DNA from: Octopus vulgaris
Lineage: Eukaryota
Direction of reading: 5' to 3'
NCBI GenBank assembly: GCA_951406725.2
Contig: OX597819.1
Location: forward strand, 120,032,001 to 120,096,000
Length of the DNA: 64,000 nucleotides
Part shown: positions 53,189 through 64,000 of the stretch, in pieces
Numbering within the stretch: position 1 is the first letter of the stretch
Layout: every line of letters starts with the position of its first letter
Position numbers and translations under genes: made by a program
The notes under the pieces: model-generated
Told to the model about the DNA's origin: nothing
Seen by the model: the letters and a program-made list of their open reading frames with translations, nothing else
Database searches by the model: none

Positions 53189-53826
53189 GGTAAAACTGAG
53201 ACCACACACATGGGAAGCACACAAGCAGATGCAATCTAACCTAATTCTTTGAGTTTGAGAAGAATAATTTTCAGGCTACAATCAGTGGAACAGTATGATT
53301 TTTATTTGTCCAATTTCTTTATACCCGCTTCATTCAACATCACTAATTATTTGAAAGGAATCCTTCCGTCACATTAGCCAACCCTTCTAAAGATGATGTA
53401 TTCTGTATTACATAAGAAGATATGGTTCCTGTTTATGGTTAATGTATATTGTTATTATGCTTATTTAGTTCTCATCTATTCGCTAAACATCAGTAGTTGT
53501 TCGCATAACATACTGTAACAGCTGTAAAAACAAGATTATGTCATATTTTGTAACGCAACAACTCATGCAAATATGTGTTATAGACCTACCATTCTTTTTT
53601 CATCTCTCTTATTGATCTTAGCTCAAAATTGGGTTCCAGACAATTCACCTGGTAATGGATTACATCCTTGGGACTAAGAAGTTCGGTTTTATGAATTGGA
53701 ATCATTTCATCACTAACAATCTAGAACCCATATATTCGTGCGAAAGCATTCTCTATCTATTACTGTCGCTGAGACATGCATTCATGTACATCTATATCAA
53801 CATCTTTTTGTGAGTATATATATATA

Positions 53827-54249
53827 TACTCTTTTACTCTTTTACTCTTTTACTTGTTTCAGTCATTTGACTGCGGCCATGCTGGAGCACCGCCTTTAGT
53901 CGAGCAAATCGACCCCGGGACTTATTCTTTGTAAGCCCAGTACTTATTCTATCGGTCTCTTTTGCCGAACCGCTAAGTAACGGGGACGTAAACACACCAG
54001 CATCGGTTGTCAAGCAATGCTAGGGAGACAAACACCGACACACAAACATATACACAACACTTATATATATATATATACATATATACGACAGGCTTCTTTC
54101 AGTTTCCGTCTACCAAATCCACTCACAAGGCATTGGTCGGCCCGGGGCTATAGCAGAAGACACTTGCCCAAGATGCCACGCAGTGGGACTGAACCCGGAA
54201 CCATGTGGCTGGTTAGCAAGCTACTTACCACACAGCCACTCTTGCGCCT
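53827..54249 (-). mobile_element. SINE family A, full length, near consensus
   Basis: (TACTCTTT)n tail through cacagccactcttgcgcct. Confidence 0.93.
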
Positions 54250-54297
54250 ATATATATATGTATATATATATTGACAACCGATATATATATATATGTA

Positions 54298-54478
54298 TTG
54301 ACAACCGATGCTGGTGTGTTTATGTCCCCGTTACTTAGCGGTTCGGCAAAAGAGACCGATAGAATAAGTACTGGGCTTACAAAAAGAATAAGTCCCGGGG
54401 TCGAATTGCTCGATTAAAGGCGGTGCTCCAGCATGGCCGCAGTCAAATGACTGAAACAAGTAAAAAATGTAAAAGAGT
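54298..54478 (+). mobile_element. SINE family A, 3' half (inverted relative to the preceding copy)
   Basis: ttgacaaccgatgctggtgtg...gactgaaacaagtaaaa. Confidence 0.88.
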
Positions 54479-54630
54479 ATATATATAAAACACTCGGGGA
54501 GTGAAAAAGTCTTTAACGTTTCGAGCCTACGCTCTTCCAAAGAAAGTAACACAGAAAGAAACAAGGAGAGAAAATGAAGAATCTGTAGTGGCTAGCGATC
54601 TATCATATATATATATATATATATATAAGC

Positions 54631-54975
54631 ACAGGTGTGACTGTGTGGTAAGAAGTATGCTTCCCAACCACTGCACCACTGCATGGCACTATTCGTAACT
54701 GTCTTCTGCTATAGCCTCTGTACGACCAAATCCTTGCGGGTAGATTTAGTAGACGGAAACTGAAAGACACCCATCCTGCATACTTATGTGTGTGTGTCTG
54801 TATTTGTCTCTACGCCCCCGCTTGATACCTAGCGATGTTGGTATGTATACGTCCCCTAACTTAGTGGTTCGACATAAGGGTCCGATATAATATGTACAAG
54901 GCTTACAAAGAATTTAGTCCTGGGGTCTATTTCTTCGACTAAATCTTCTTAAGGTGCAGCTGCCGCATAAGAATA
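54631..54975 (+). mobile_element. SINE family A, diverged
   Basis: gtgactgtgtggtaagaag...gtagacggaaactgaaag...gtcctggggtctattt. Confidence 0.75.
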
Positions 54976-54988
54976 AAATAATATATAC

Positions 54989-55029
<41 letters not shown>

Positions 55030-55031
<2 letters not shown>

Positions 55032-56312
55032 CAAATTATTACATTATATAAAAGGGCTTAGTAAAATAAATTACTTTGCCACATACTGAACTCATTAGAA
55101 ATAGTAGCTAAAAAAACTTTTTTAAAACTATTTCTAATACTTAAAGAAAATCTCTCTCATATTGTGTTTGCTCAATTCAACTCACGAAAGTATGGGGGTA
55201 AAGACATTAAAAAATCAAATGCAAAGGTTATTTGAGAACGTACGTTTCAAGATTAGTCAACTCGACATTTCTATCATCAGCTCAGAACTCCTTGGTTTGG
55301 ATTTGAAAACACTGAAAGTGGGAGCATACCCTTTCGGCTTCTTATCGCTTCTGAAGATCTGCTCGAAACTAACAGTGCCAGCACACCCAGAATATGCAAG
55401 CGAAGAATTTCTGCTCTCCCCTTTCCACCAGCGTGGGTTAAAATCAGTAAACACTATGCTTTTTCGGTAAAATCCGAAACATTAAATAGAGAGAGATGAA
55501 TTATAATTTCAACAATTGAGGGTAAAATTAATTAATTATTAATCAATTTCACCAAGTGTTCAGTATGTAAAGGGACCATTTAAGGCGAATTCAAATTATT
55601 ACATTATATAAAAGGGCTTAGTAAAATAAATTACTTTGCCACATACTGAACTCATTAATGTAATAATTTGAATTCGCCTTAAATGGTCCCTTTACATACT
55701 GAACACTTGGTGAAATTGATTAATAATTAATTAATTTTACCCTCAATTGTTGAAATTATAATTCATCTCTCTCTATTTAATGTTTTGGATTTTACCGAAA
55801 AAGCATAGTGTTTACTGATTTTAACCCACGCTGGTGGAAAGGGGAGAGCAGAAATTCTTCGCTTGCATATTTTGGGTGTGCTGGCACTGTTAGTTTCGAG
55901 CAGATCTTCAGAAGCGATAAGAAGCCGAAAGGGTATGCTCCCACTTTCAGTGTTTTCAAATCCAAACCAAGGAGTTCTGAGCTGATGATAGAAATGTCGA
56001 GTTGACTAATCTTGAAACGTACGTTCTCAAATAACCTTTGCATTTGATTTTTTAATGTCTTTACCCCCATACTTTCGTGAGTTGAATTGAGCAAACACTA
56101 TATGAGAGAGATTTTCTTTAAGTATTAGAAATAGTTTTAAAAAAGTTTTTTTAGCTACTATTTCTAATGAGTTCAGTATGTGGCAAAGTAATTTATTTTA
56201 CTAAGCCCTTTTATATAATGTAATAATTTGAATTCGCCTTAAATGGTCCCTTTACATACTGAACACTTGGTGAAATTGATTAATAATTAATTAATTTTAC
56301 CCTCAATTGTTG

Positions 56313-56320
<8 letters not shown>
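55030..56320. mobile_element. Fold-back of a terminally redundant 560-bp hammerhead-bearing monomer
   Basis: The block at 55030-55097 repeats directly at 55590-55657 (period 560); 55658-56320 is the reverse complement of the same unit in a different circular permutation; (TA)n on both sides. Confidence 0.88.
55978..56029 (+). ncRNA. Minimal type-I hammerhead ribozyme (mirror copy on minus strand at 55233-55284)
   Basis: UGAG-CUGAUGA-U-AGA.aau.GUCG.AGU.UGAC.uaa.UCU-U-GAAAC-GUAC-GUU-CUCA: stem I UGAG/CUCA, palindromic stem III ACGUACGU, GUU triplet. Confidence 0.78.
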
Positions 56321-56362
<42 letters not shown>

Positions 56363-57181
56363 TATATGTGTGTGTGTGTGTACATATATACATTACACAC
56401 ACACATATCTGTATACATATATAAAGAGAGAGAGGGAGAGAGAGAGATAGGTACATATATGCGTACGCAAGTACGAGTGTGTGCGTATGTGTGTGTGTGT
56501 GTGTGCGTTTGTGTGTGTGTGTGTGTGTCTGTGTGTGTGTGTGTGCGTGTGTGAATTATTCGAACTCTTATATCGAATTAACCTTTCGAATCTCGAAAAT
56601 ACGCTGCTTCCTTTCCTATATTAATTACATCGGAGGCAGCGCACTGTTGAAAACGTTCCAAGTAGGATTTGTATTTTTGTGAGCGTGGACAGGGAATTAA
56701 TGAAATAATGAAACGCCCCGAGCAGAAGAAAAATTTAAGAGAGAATTCCATACAAAGACTCCTCTTATATTACATAAATATCATCCACAGTCAACCGAAT
56801 ATTTAGATGATTATCAGAAAGTTAAACTATTTCTTTCTCACAATACGTGTAAATTTAATAACGAAAGAGAATCAAACAAATTTATATGTATATGTATCTT
56901 TTTTTTTTTTTAATGAGATTGTAGTTATGGAATTGAAATGCTGAGAATAAATTCTACAACTGAAATTGAAATACACATTCTGTGGAGTAATTGATTTAGT
57001 AATGATCTGAATATAATTTTCTTTAATTTTATTTTATCTAGTTTTAAGTCAATTATTTGTTACAATGTGGTTTTCAGTTCAGTTGTGGAATTTCTTCGCA
57101 AATATGTGTGCATGTGTGTGTGTGTGTAAATAGATAGATAAATAGATAGATAGATAGAAAGATAGACAGACTGACAGACCT

Positions 57182-57234
<53 letters not shown>

Positions 57235-57498
57235 TTTCTTTATTAGCCACAGAGGGGACAAAATACAATACAGAGCTTTTGTTTTCTAAAGAAAAAAGAA
57301 AATAGAAAGAAGAGAAGAAAAAAATCTGACCACAAGGGATCGTGTACAAAAAAAGATCAAAATAACAGAACAAGAATGTAGAAAACATTAAGTATATCTG
57401 TTGAAAGAAAAGCCAACGAAAAAGACCACGGGAACCTCAGGCAGGGAGGGAAAAATTACGTGAGAGCAATATGCTCTCTCTCACTCTCCCTCTCTCTT

Positions 57499-57556
<58 letters not shown>

Positions 57557-57845
57557 CTTTACAGGATCATGCTCAAAGTGGTTTCGTTATTCGGTTCAGG
57601 TGTTCCTCGTCGACGCCCAGATTCTTCCCTATAACGTCGTCACACATTTCCCCCACTAATCCTCTATAACTTGTCTTCGTGGAATTGAAGTCGCACAAGT
57701 TTGGTCCCGGACGTCAGAGTTGCTTGAGAGCAAAGCGGCACTATTCGGCTAGCTTCGGGCCCTGTTTGATCCACGACCAAAGAGACGAAGCTGCGGCAAA
57801 GTAGGCCTCGAAAACAGCAGCGACACCAGTTCACCGCCGTCTATG
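57235..57845 (-). mobile_element. 3' fragment of a probable L1/Tx1-like retrotransposon in (GATA)n
   Basis: Degenerate GC-richer coding-like segment (…STKTSYRGLVGEMCDDVIGKNLGVDEEHL…TTLSMIL*), pyrimidine-rich 3' UTR, ending GTGGCTAATAAAG; clade assignment is by recollected resemblance only. Confidence 0.5.
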
Positions 57846-57881
57846 AGACAGACAGACCGATAGATAAACAGATAGACAGAG

Positions 57882-57988
<107 letters not shown>

Positions 57989-58119
57989 GTTTGTTTATTG
58001 GCCACACAGGGCTGCACACAGATGGGACAAGTTACAAGGTAGAGCTTTTCTTTTGGGGGATGAAGAGAACAAAAAACAAAAGAAAAAAAAAGGGGTGGCG
58101 TAGGTTTTCGATCAAGAGG

Positions 58120-58120
<1 letters not shown>
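57989..58120 (-). mobile_element. Second, shorter 3' end of the same retroposon family in (GATA)n
   Basis: Shares agagctttt, gggacaa and gccaca blocks with 57235-57350; ends GTGGCCAATAAAC. Confidence 0.55.
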
Positions 58121-58190
<70 letters not shown>

Positions 58191-58444
58191 TACTTGTCAC
58201 TGAGTAATACATAAGCAACTGAAGATAAAGAGAGTTATTATTCAACCTTCTTGTTTAATTTTCGTACCAAATTTTCGTCCCTAACCGAAATAACAGCCGG
58301 GTATTTCTGAAATTGATTCATACTGCCATAATATAGAGAATGATGTTTATTCTCGTATAACGTATTCTTGCAGAAGAGTGTGCATGTTAACCATTTTTGA
58401 AACTAAACTCTGCATATACATGTCTTATTTCCATATATCAAGAA

Positions 58445-58900
58445 GTCGAGCTGGAAAAAACGTTAGCATGCCGGGCGAAACGTCTAGCGGCATTTCGTCT
58501 GTCTTTACGTTCTCTCTGTTTATCTCCTTCTGGGTAGTAAAAAAAATATGTATTTCGTCTGCCGCTACGTTCCGAGTTCAAATTCCGCAGAGGATGACTT
58601 TGCCTTTCATCCTTTCGGGGTCGATCAAATAAGTACCAGTTAAGCACTGGGGTCGATATAATCGACTTAATCCGTTTGTCTATCCTTGTTTGTCCTCTCT
58701 GCGTTTAGCCCCTTGTGGGTACTAAAGAAATAGGTATTTCGTCTATTTTTATGTTCTGAGTTCAAATTCCGCCGAAGTCGACTTTGCCTATCAGCATATT
58801 CCGGGACAATAAATTAAGTACCAGTTGCGTACTAGGGTCGATCTAATCAACTAGCGCATTCCCACAAAAATTTCGGGCCTTGCGCGTAGAGTAGAAAAGC
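58445..58900 (+). mobile_element. SINE family B, composite/multimeric copy
   Basis: Head gagctggaaaaaacgttagc, then body segments repeated at 58550 and 58735. Confidence 0.8.
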
Positions 58901-59179
58901 ATATCTGTAATATATTTACTTCTCAAGGCCTAACAGAATAGCTTACTAGACTGATGCAAATGCCATTCTGTTGATCTTGCAACTTAGATCTTTTAGTGTA
59001 GACATGGTGTTCGAATACTGTAAGCAATGTTACTACATTTCACGCTTTTATTCTAGACTAGATTTATTGCCTCTTTAACATATACGTATAAATCTAAGAT
59101 TTATATATATATACATGTATACATATATGTATATGTATATATATATAAATCTATATCTATATCTATCTATCTATCTATC

Positions 59180-59226
<47 letters not shown>

Positions 59227-59384
59227 CTGTGTGAGTATATATATGTATATATATATATATATGCGTGTATATATATTTATCTATAAATATATATATATAT
59301 ATTTATATATATATGTATATATATATGTATATATATATATATGTATATATTTATATGTACATATATTTATGTCTATGTATGTAC

Positions 59385-59448
<64 letters not shown>

Positions 59449-59809
59449 GTATGTATGTATGTATGTATGTATGTATGTATGTATGTATGTATACATATAT
59501 ACACTTGTAATAGCAGGACACGTACTAGCATATATGTATGTACTTGTGTATGTATATGAAGAAAACGGTGTCGGTATCACTCAATAACATATAAAGCTGT
59601 TACATTCGCTTTGAATTCAAACTAATTTCGTGAAATTTCAAAGAATCCGTCGCATAGTTGCGACCGGGTCACTCGCACCATCTCCTCTGCAACAGCTTGG
59701 AACTTTCTAGCTTTCTTCGAATGTTTCATTTAGCTTTGACACCTCATGAAACTTATCGAAATTTTATGTGTTATTAACAGGAATATATGCAAAGAGCACT
59801 TCCACTATA

Positions 59810-60692
59810 TACATGATGCGACGGGGAAATTGTTGCCATTTAAATTTTTAATTTTGCGCACGCGTGTTGTCTTTCTTTGATTTAGTCAAATACAAAGAAT
59901 AGCAGGGTCGGTTGGGCACCGTCTGTGAGAAAAACTGCACTATGACGTAAATCACTCAGCCAGAAATTTGGAAAAAAAAACGTGCTGTACTGCTTGTCAT
60001 CCGCGCCGAAAGCTCCAATACGTACAGATGGTGAACGCACAGAAACAAGCTATGGCGTGCCCTGTCCCCAAATCATGTACCGAGATTCATAAAAATCAAG
60101 CATCCAGTCAACATCATGGCGTTTGGAGTGATCACTAGGAAAGATGGCAACATTTTGCCTCCATTCATCTTACCACACGGCTTCAAACTCAACACAGAGG
60201 CCTTCATCGGGTGCCTGGGAGAGGTAGTACTACCCTTGTTACAGAGGCTGGCTGCTGGAAAACCCTGTCTGGCAGAGTATTCTGCACCATGTCACACAAG
60301 CATGTGAACCCAGTCATGGCTGTCAGACAAATTCTGCGACCATATCACCTGGCCACCTAACTCGCCACACTGCAATCCTCTTGATTATAATATGTGGGGC
60401 GCAGTTGAGCGAGAGACCATCAAAACTCCTTGTAACACCAAAGATGAACTGAAGGCAAGGATTATCGCAGTATTCACCAACTTAAACAAGGAGATCGTCT
60501 GGAAGATTTGCAGGAGATTTAGATGTCGTCTGGAGATCGTTGTGAAAGTCAATGGCGATTTTATTGAATAAATTTACTCTTTAGTATTTCGAGAGATTTT
60601 ATGTAATTTTGGTAAATATATCTGTTAAAATATGATGTCAGTGTTATTTTCATTTTTGCGTAAATTAAAACACAATTGATTCACCGCACCTT
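59810..60692 (+). mobile_element. Internally deleted mariner-like (maT/DD37D-type) transposon
   Basis: KHPVNIMAFGVITRKDG...SAPCHTS...WPPNSPHCNPLDYNMWGAVERET; imperfect TIRs acatgatgcg...aaattg / caatt...cgcaccttgt. Confidence 0.75.
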
Positions 60693-60719
60693 GTGTGTGT
60701 GTGTGTGTGTGTGTGTCTC

Positions 60720-60880
60720 TTTGTGTGTGTCTTTGTGTCTGTGCTTGTTCCCCCATCACCGGTTGACAACCGGTGTTGGTGTGTTAATGTCTCCATTGCT
60801 TAGCGGTCGGCAAAAGAAACCAATAGAATAAGTACAAGGCTTGAAAAGAAAAAATAAGTCTTGGGGTCGATTTCTTTGAT
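60720..60880 (+). mobile_element. SINE family A, 3' part
   Basis: ttgacaaccggtgttggtgtg...aataagtcttggggtcgattt. Confidence 0.75.
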
Positions 60881-60894
60881 GAAAGAAAGGAATG

Positions 60895-61740
60895 TAGGTA
60901 ATTAGGTAGGTAGGTAGGTAGGTAGGTAGGTAGGTAGGTAGGTAGGTAGGTAGGTAGGTAGGAAGGTAGGTAGGTAAGTAGGTAGGTAGGTAGTTAGGTA
61001 GGTAGGAAGGTAGGTAGCTAGGTTGGTAGGTAGCTAGGTAGCTAGGTAGCTAGGTAAGTAAGTAGGTAGGTAGGTAGGTAGGTATGTAGGTAGGTAGGTA
61101 GGTTGGTAGGCAGGTAGGTAGGTAAGTATGTAGGTAGGTAGGTAGGTAGGTAGGTAGGTAGGTAGGCAGGTTGGTAGGTTGGTAGGTACGTACGTAGGTA
61201 CGTAGGTAGGTACGTAGGTACGTAGGTAGGAACGTAGGTAGGTAAGTAGGTAGGTAGATAGGTAGGTACGTAGGTAGATAGGTAGGTAAGTAGGTAGGTA
61301 GGTAGGTAGGTAAGTAGGTAGGTAGGGAGGTAGGTTGGTAGGTAGGTAGGTAGGTTGGTAGGTAGCTAGGTAGGTAGGTAGGTAAGTAGGTAGGTAGGTA
61401 GGTAGATTGGTAGGTAGGTATGTAGGTAGGTAGGTAGGTTGGTAGGTAGGTAGGTAGGTAGGTAGGTAGGTAGGTAGGTAAGTAGGTAGGTAGGTAGGTA
61501 GGTTGGTTGGTAGGTAGGTAGGTATGTAGGTAGGTAGCTAGGTAGGTAGGTAGGTAGGTAAGTAGGAAGGTAGGTAGGTAGGTAGGTAGGTAGGTAGGTA
61601 GGTAGGTAGGTAGGTAGGTAGGTAGGTAGGTAGATAGGTAGGAAGGTAGGTAGGTAGGTAGGTAGGTAGGTAGGTAGGTAGGTAGGTAGGTAGGTAGGTA
61701 GGTAGGTAGGTAGGTAGGTCGGTTGGTAGATAGGTAGGTA
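60895..61740. repeat. ~850-bp (TAGG)n satellite
   Basis: Direct inspection; the source of the PTYL pseudo-ORFs. Confidence 0.97.
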
Positions 61741-62300
61741 TTCATATATTCGCACGCTAACGTAAATACATGAAAATATTCTCTCTGTATATTCTTACGT
61801 ACCTGTAAATATTGTACAGGTTAGCAATATTCGTCATTACAAATATAGAAATATGTTTAATTGTATAAAAACTTGCATATAATTCTATAAAACTCTTAAC
61901 CGTCGTTCCAAATGAATAGTAATATAGAAAACATTTTATATATTATGTAAAACAGAGCTATATATATATATATCTGAGTGAGTGTGTGTCTGTGTGTATG
62001 TATGTATATAACTGCAAGTTATGCAAGCATACACATATATTTCCTTGCTTAAATAGGAGCCTGTGTTCGTGAGCTGAGGTGATCATTTGTTCATAATTCG
62101 CAGCACATAATGATGTATGACAACATGTTGCACATCCTTCTCCTTTAATAATTCATTGCATGACATAACAACAGATAAATGTCTGAAAGTGCTTCAACGC
62201 ATCCCTATATTTTTATATGCACCTATCTACGCGTTTATTTCAGGAATGTGCTTGTGTGGTGCGCGGGAAAGACCATATGCGAATGCCTATCTTTTTCGTG

Positions 62301-62344
<44 letters not shown>

Positions 62345-62379
62345 GCGTCTGCGGGTGTCTGTGTGTATGTGTGACAGTG

Positions 62380-62410
<31 letters not shown>

Positions 62411-63119
62411 ATATATGCAAATACACATATATATGAGGCGCTGTTTCTATACATGTATATATACATATGTACATGTGTATATGTGTATATGTACATATAC
62501 ATATGGATATATATATATATATATATATCAATATATATGTATATATATGTATATATATATATGTATGTGTATATATATCTATACATATATATATGAGGCG
62601 CTGTTTCTATACATCATATATACATATGTACATATGTATGTGTATGTATGTGTGGGTGTGCATACACTCACACACACACACACACACACACACATATTAA
62701 TATTATATATATATATATATATAAGTATGTATGTATATATACACTTATACATATGTATATATATATACATACATATTGCATTAAATGTGCGCGTATATTA
62801 GAAAGAACGAAGCGTAGGCATTTTTTCCTTTCTCTTATCATTGCAAAATTGTGATGACACGTCGATCACATTCCTACATCCTTAAATTGAATTATCACAT
62901 AAAGTTTTCCTTTTCATTTATTTATTTATTTATTCATTCTTTCATTTATGTATATATATATTTTATCTATATGTCTAAGTATCTAGTTTTGTTACAAAAC
63001 GAAAATAGGTTTACAGTTGCACAAAAACACTTATGAAAACATATACTCTCAGCTCAGATAACATTATGGCAGTATTTATAATAAAAAAAAAAATATAATA
63101 TATTACTTTCAAGTGTACG

Positions 63120-63640
<521 letters not shown>

Positions 63641-64000
63641 GTTATGGATGCTTCTATTCAGGTATGTAATGTATCCATGTGTTTTTATACATAAATATAT
63701 ACGCATTATATATAGTTTGTTTGTGTGTGTGTTTTAGCAGTTGCAGCTAGAGGCTATGCCCATGCTGGGGTGCCACTATTATATATAAAAGGAAATTGCC
63801 ATCTCATTGTGTTTATTGACATATATGTATATGTCAAGTATAGAATACGCTTAGAAATGTTCAGGTATATGGAATCCAGCTCTTATCAGTTATATCAAGA
63901 TGGTTAAAATGACAAGAAGGAGTCTTTATATTTACATCATCAAAACACATTGAAAGTTTCTTAAAACACATAAAAACCTTCTTCCGTATATGTCCCTTGA

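Noticed and set aside
55350-55370. CTGAAGA...GAAAC on the strand opposite the called hammerhead
   Set aside because: No pairable stem II or stem III.
55162-56094. Mirror-image ~100 aa ORFs on opposite strands
   Set aside because: They are duplicated only because of the fold-back, start at non-ATG codons and have no recognisable domain.
60895-61740. (TAGG)n as an interstitial telomere or CRISPR-like array
   Set aside because: The unit is not TTAGGG/TTAGG and there are no unique spacers; it is a simple tetranucleotide satellite.

Overview
AT-rich, gene-poor, repeat-dense eukaryotic DNA. The SINE families and extreme (TA)n/(CA)n/(TAGG)n load suggest an octopod cephalopod (inference). No host protein-coding gene is supported, and almost all short ORFs in the track are microsatellite or SINE artefacts. 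The supported content is: (i) a 5'-truncated CR1-group LINE (19662-23074) with an uninterrupted endonuclease+RT ORF2, an overlapping ORF1 tail carrying an in-frame A_AAU_UUU slippery heptamer, and a 3' stem-loop shared with the dominant tRNA-derived SINE; (ii) a 2.3-kb ORF1-only (RRM-like + CCHC, no RT) retroposon with a perfect 15-bp TSD inside a SINE head; (iii) four tRNA-derived SINE families, a non-autonomous Helitron, a Tigger-like MITE, four Tc1/mariner relics, and RTE, RLE-type, L1/Tx1 and Penelope-type RT fragments. The main find is at least five sequence-unrelated, non-coding elements sitting in (TA)n tracts that each carry a minimal type-I hammerhead ribozyme core (CUGANGA...GAAA...UH, mostly with palindromic stem III). 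Four of the five are built as fold-back (inverted) structures, and two of those also show tandem redundancy. This looks like a Penelope-like/retrozyme-type system, with a decayed Penelope-type RT in the same window. Coordinates of degenerate repeats are approximate, and the fold-backs need read-level confirmation.
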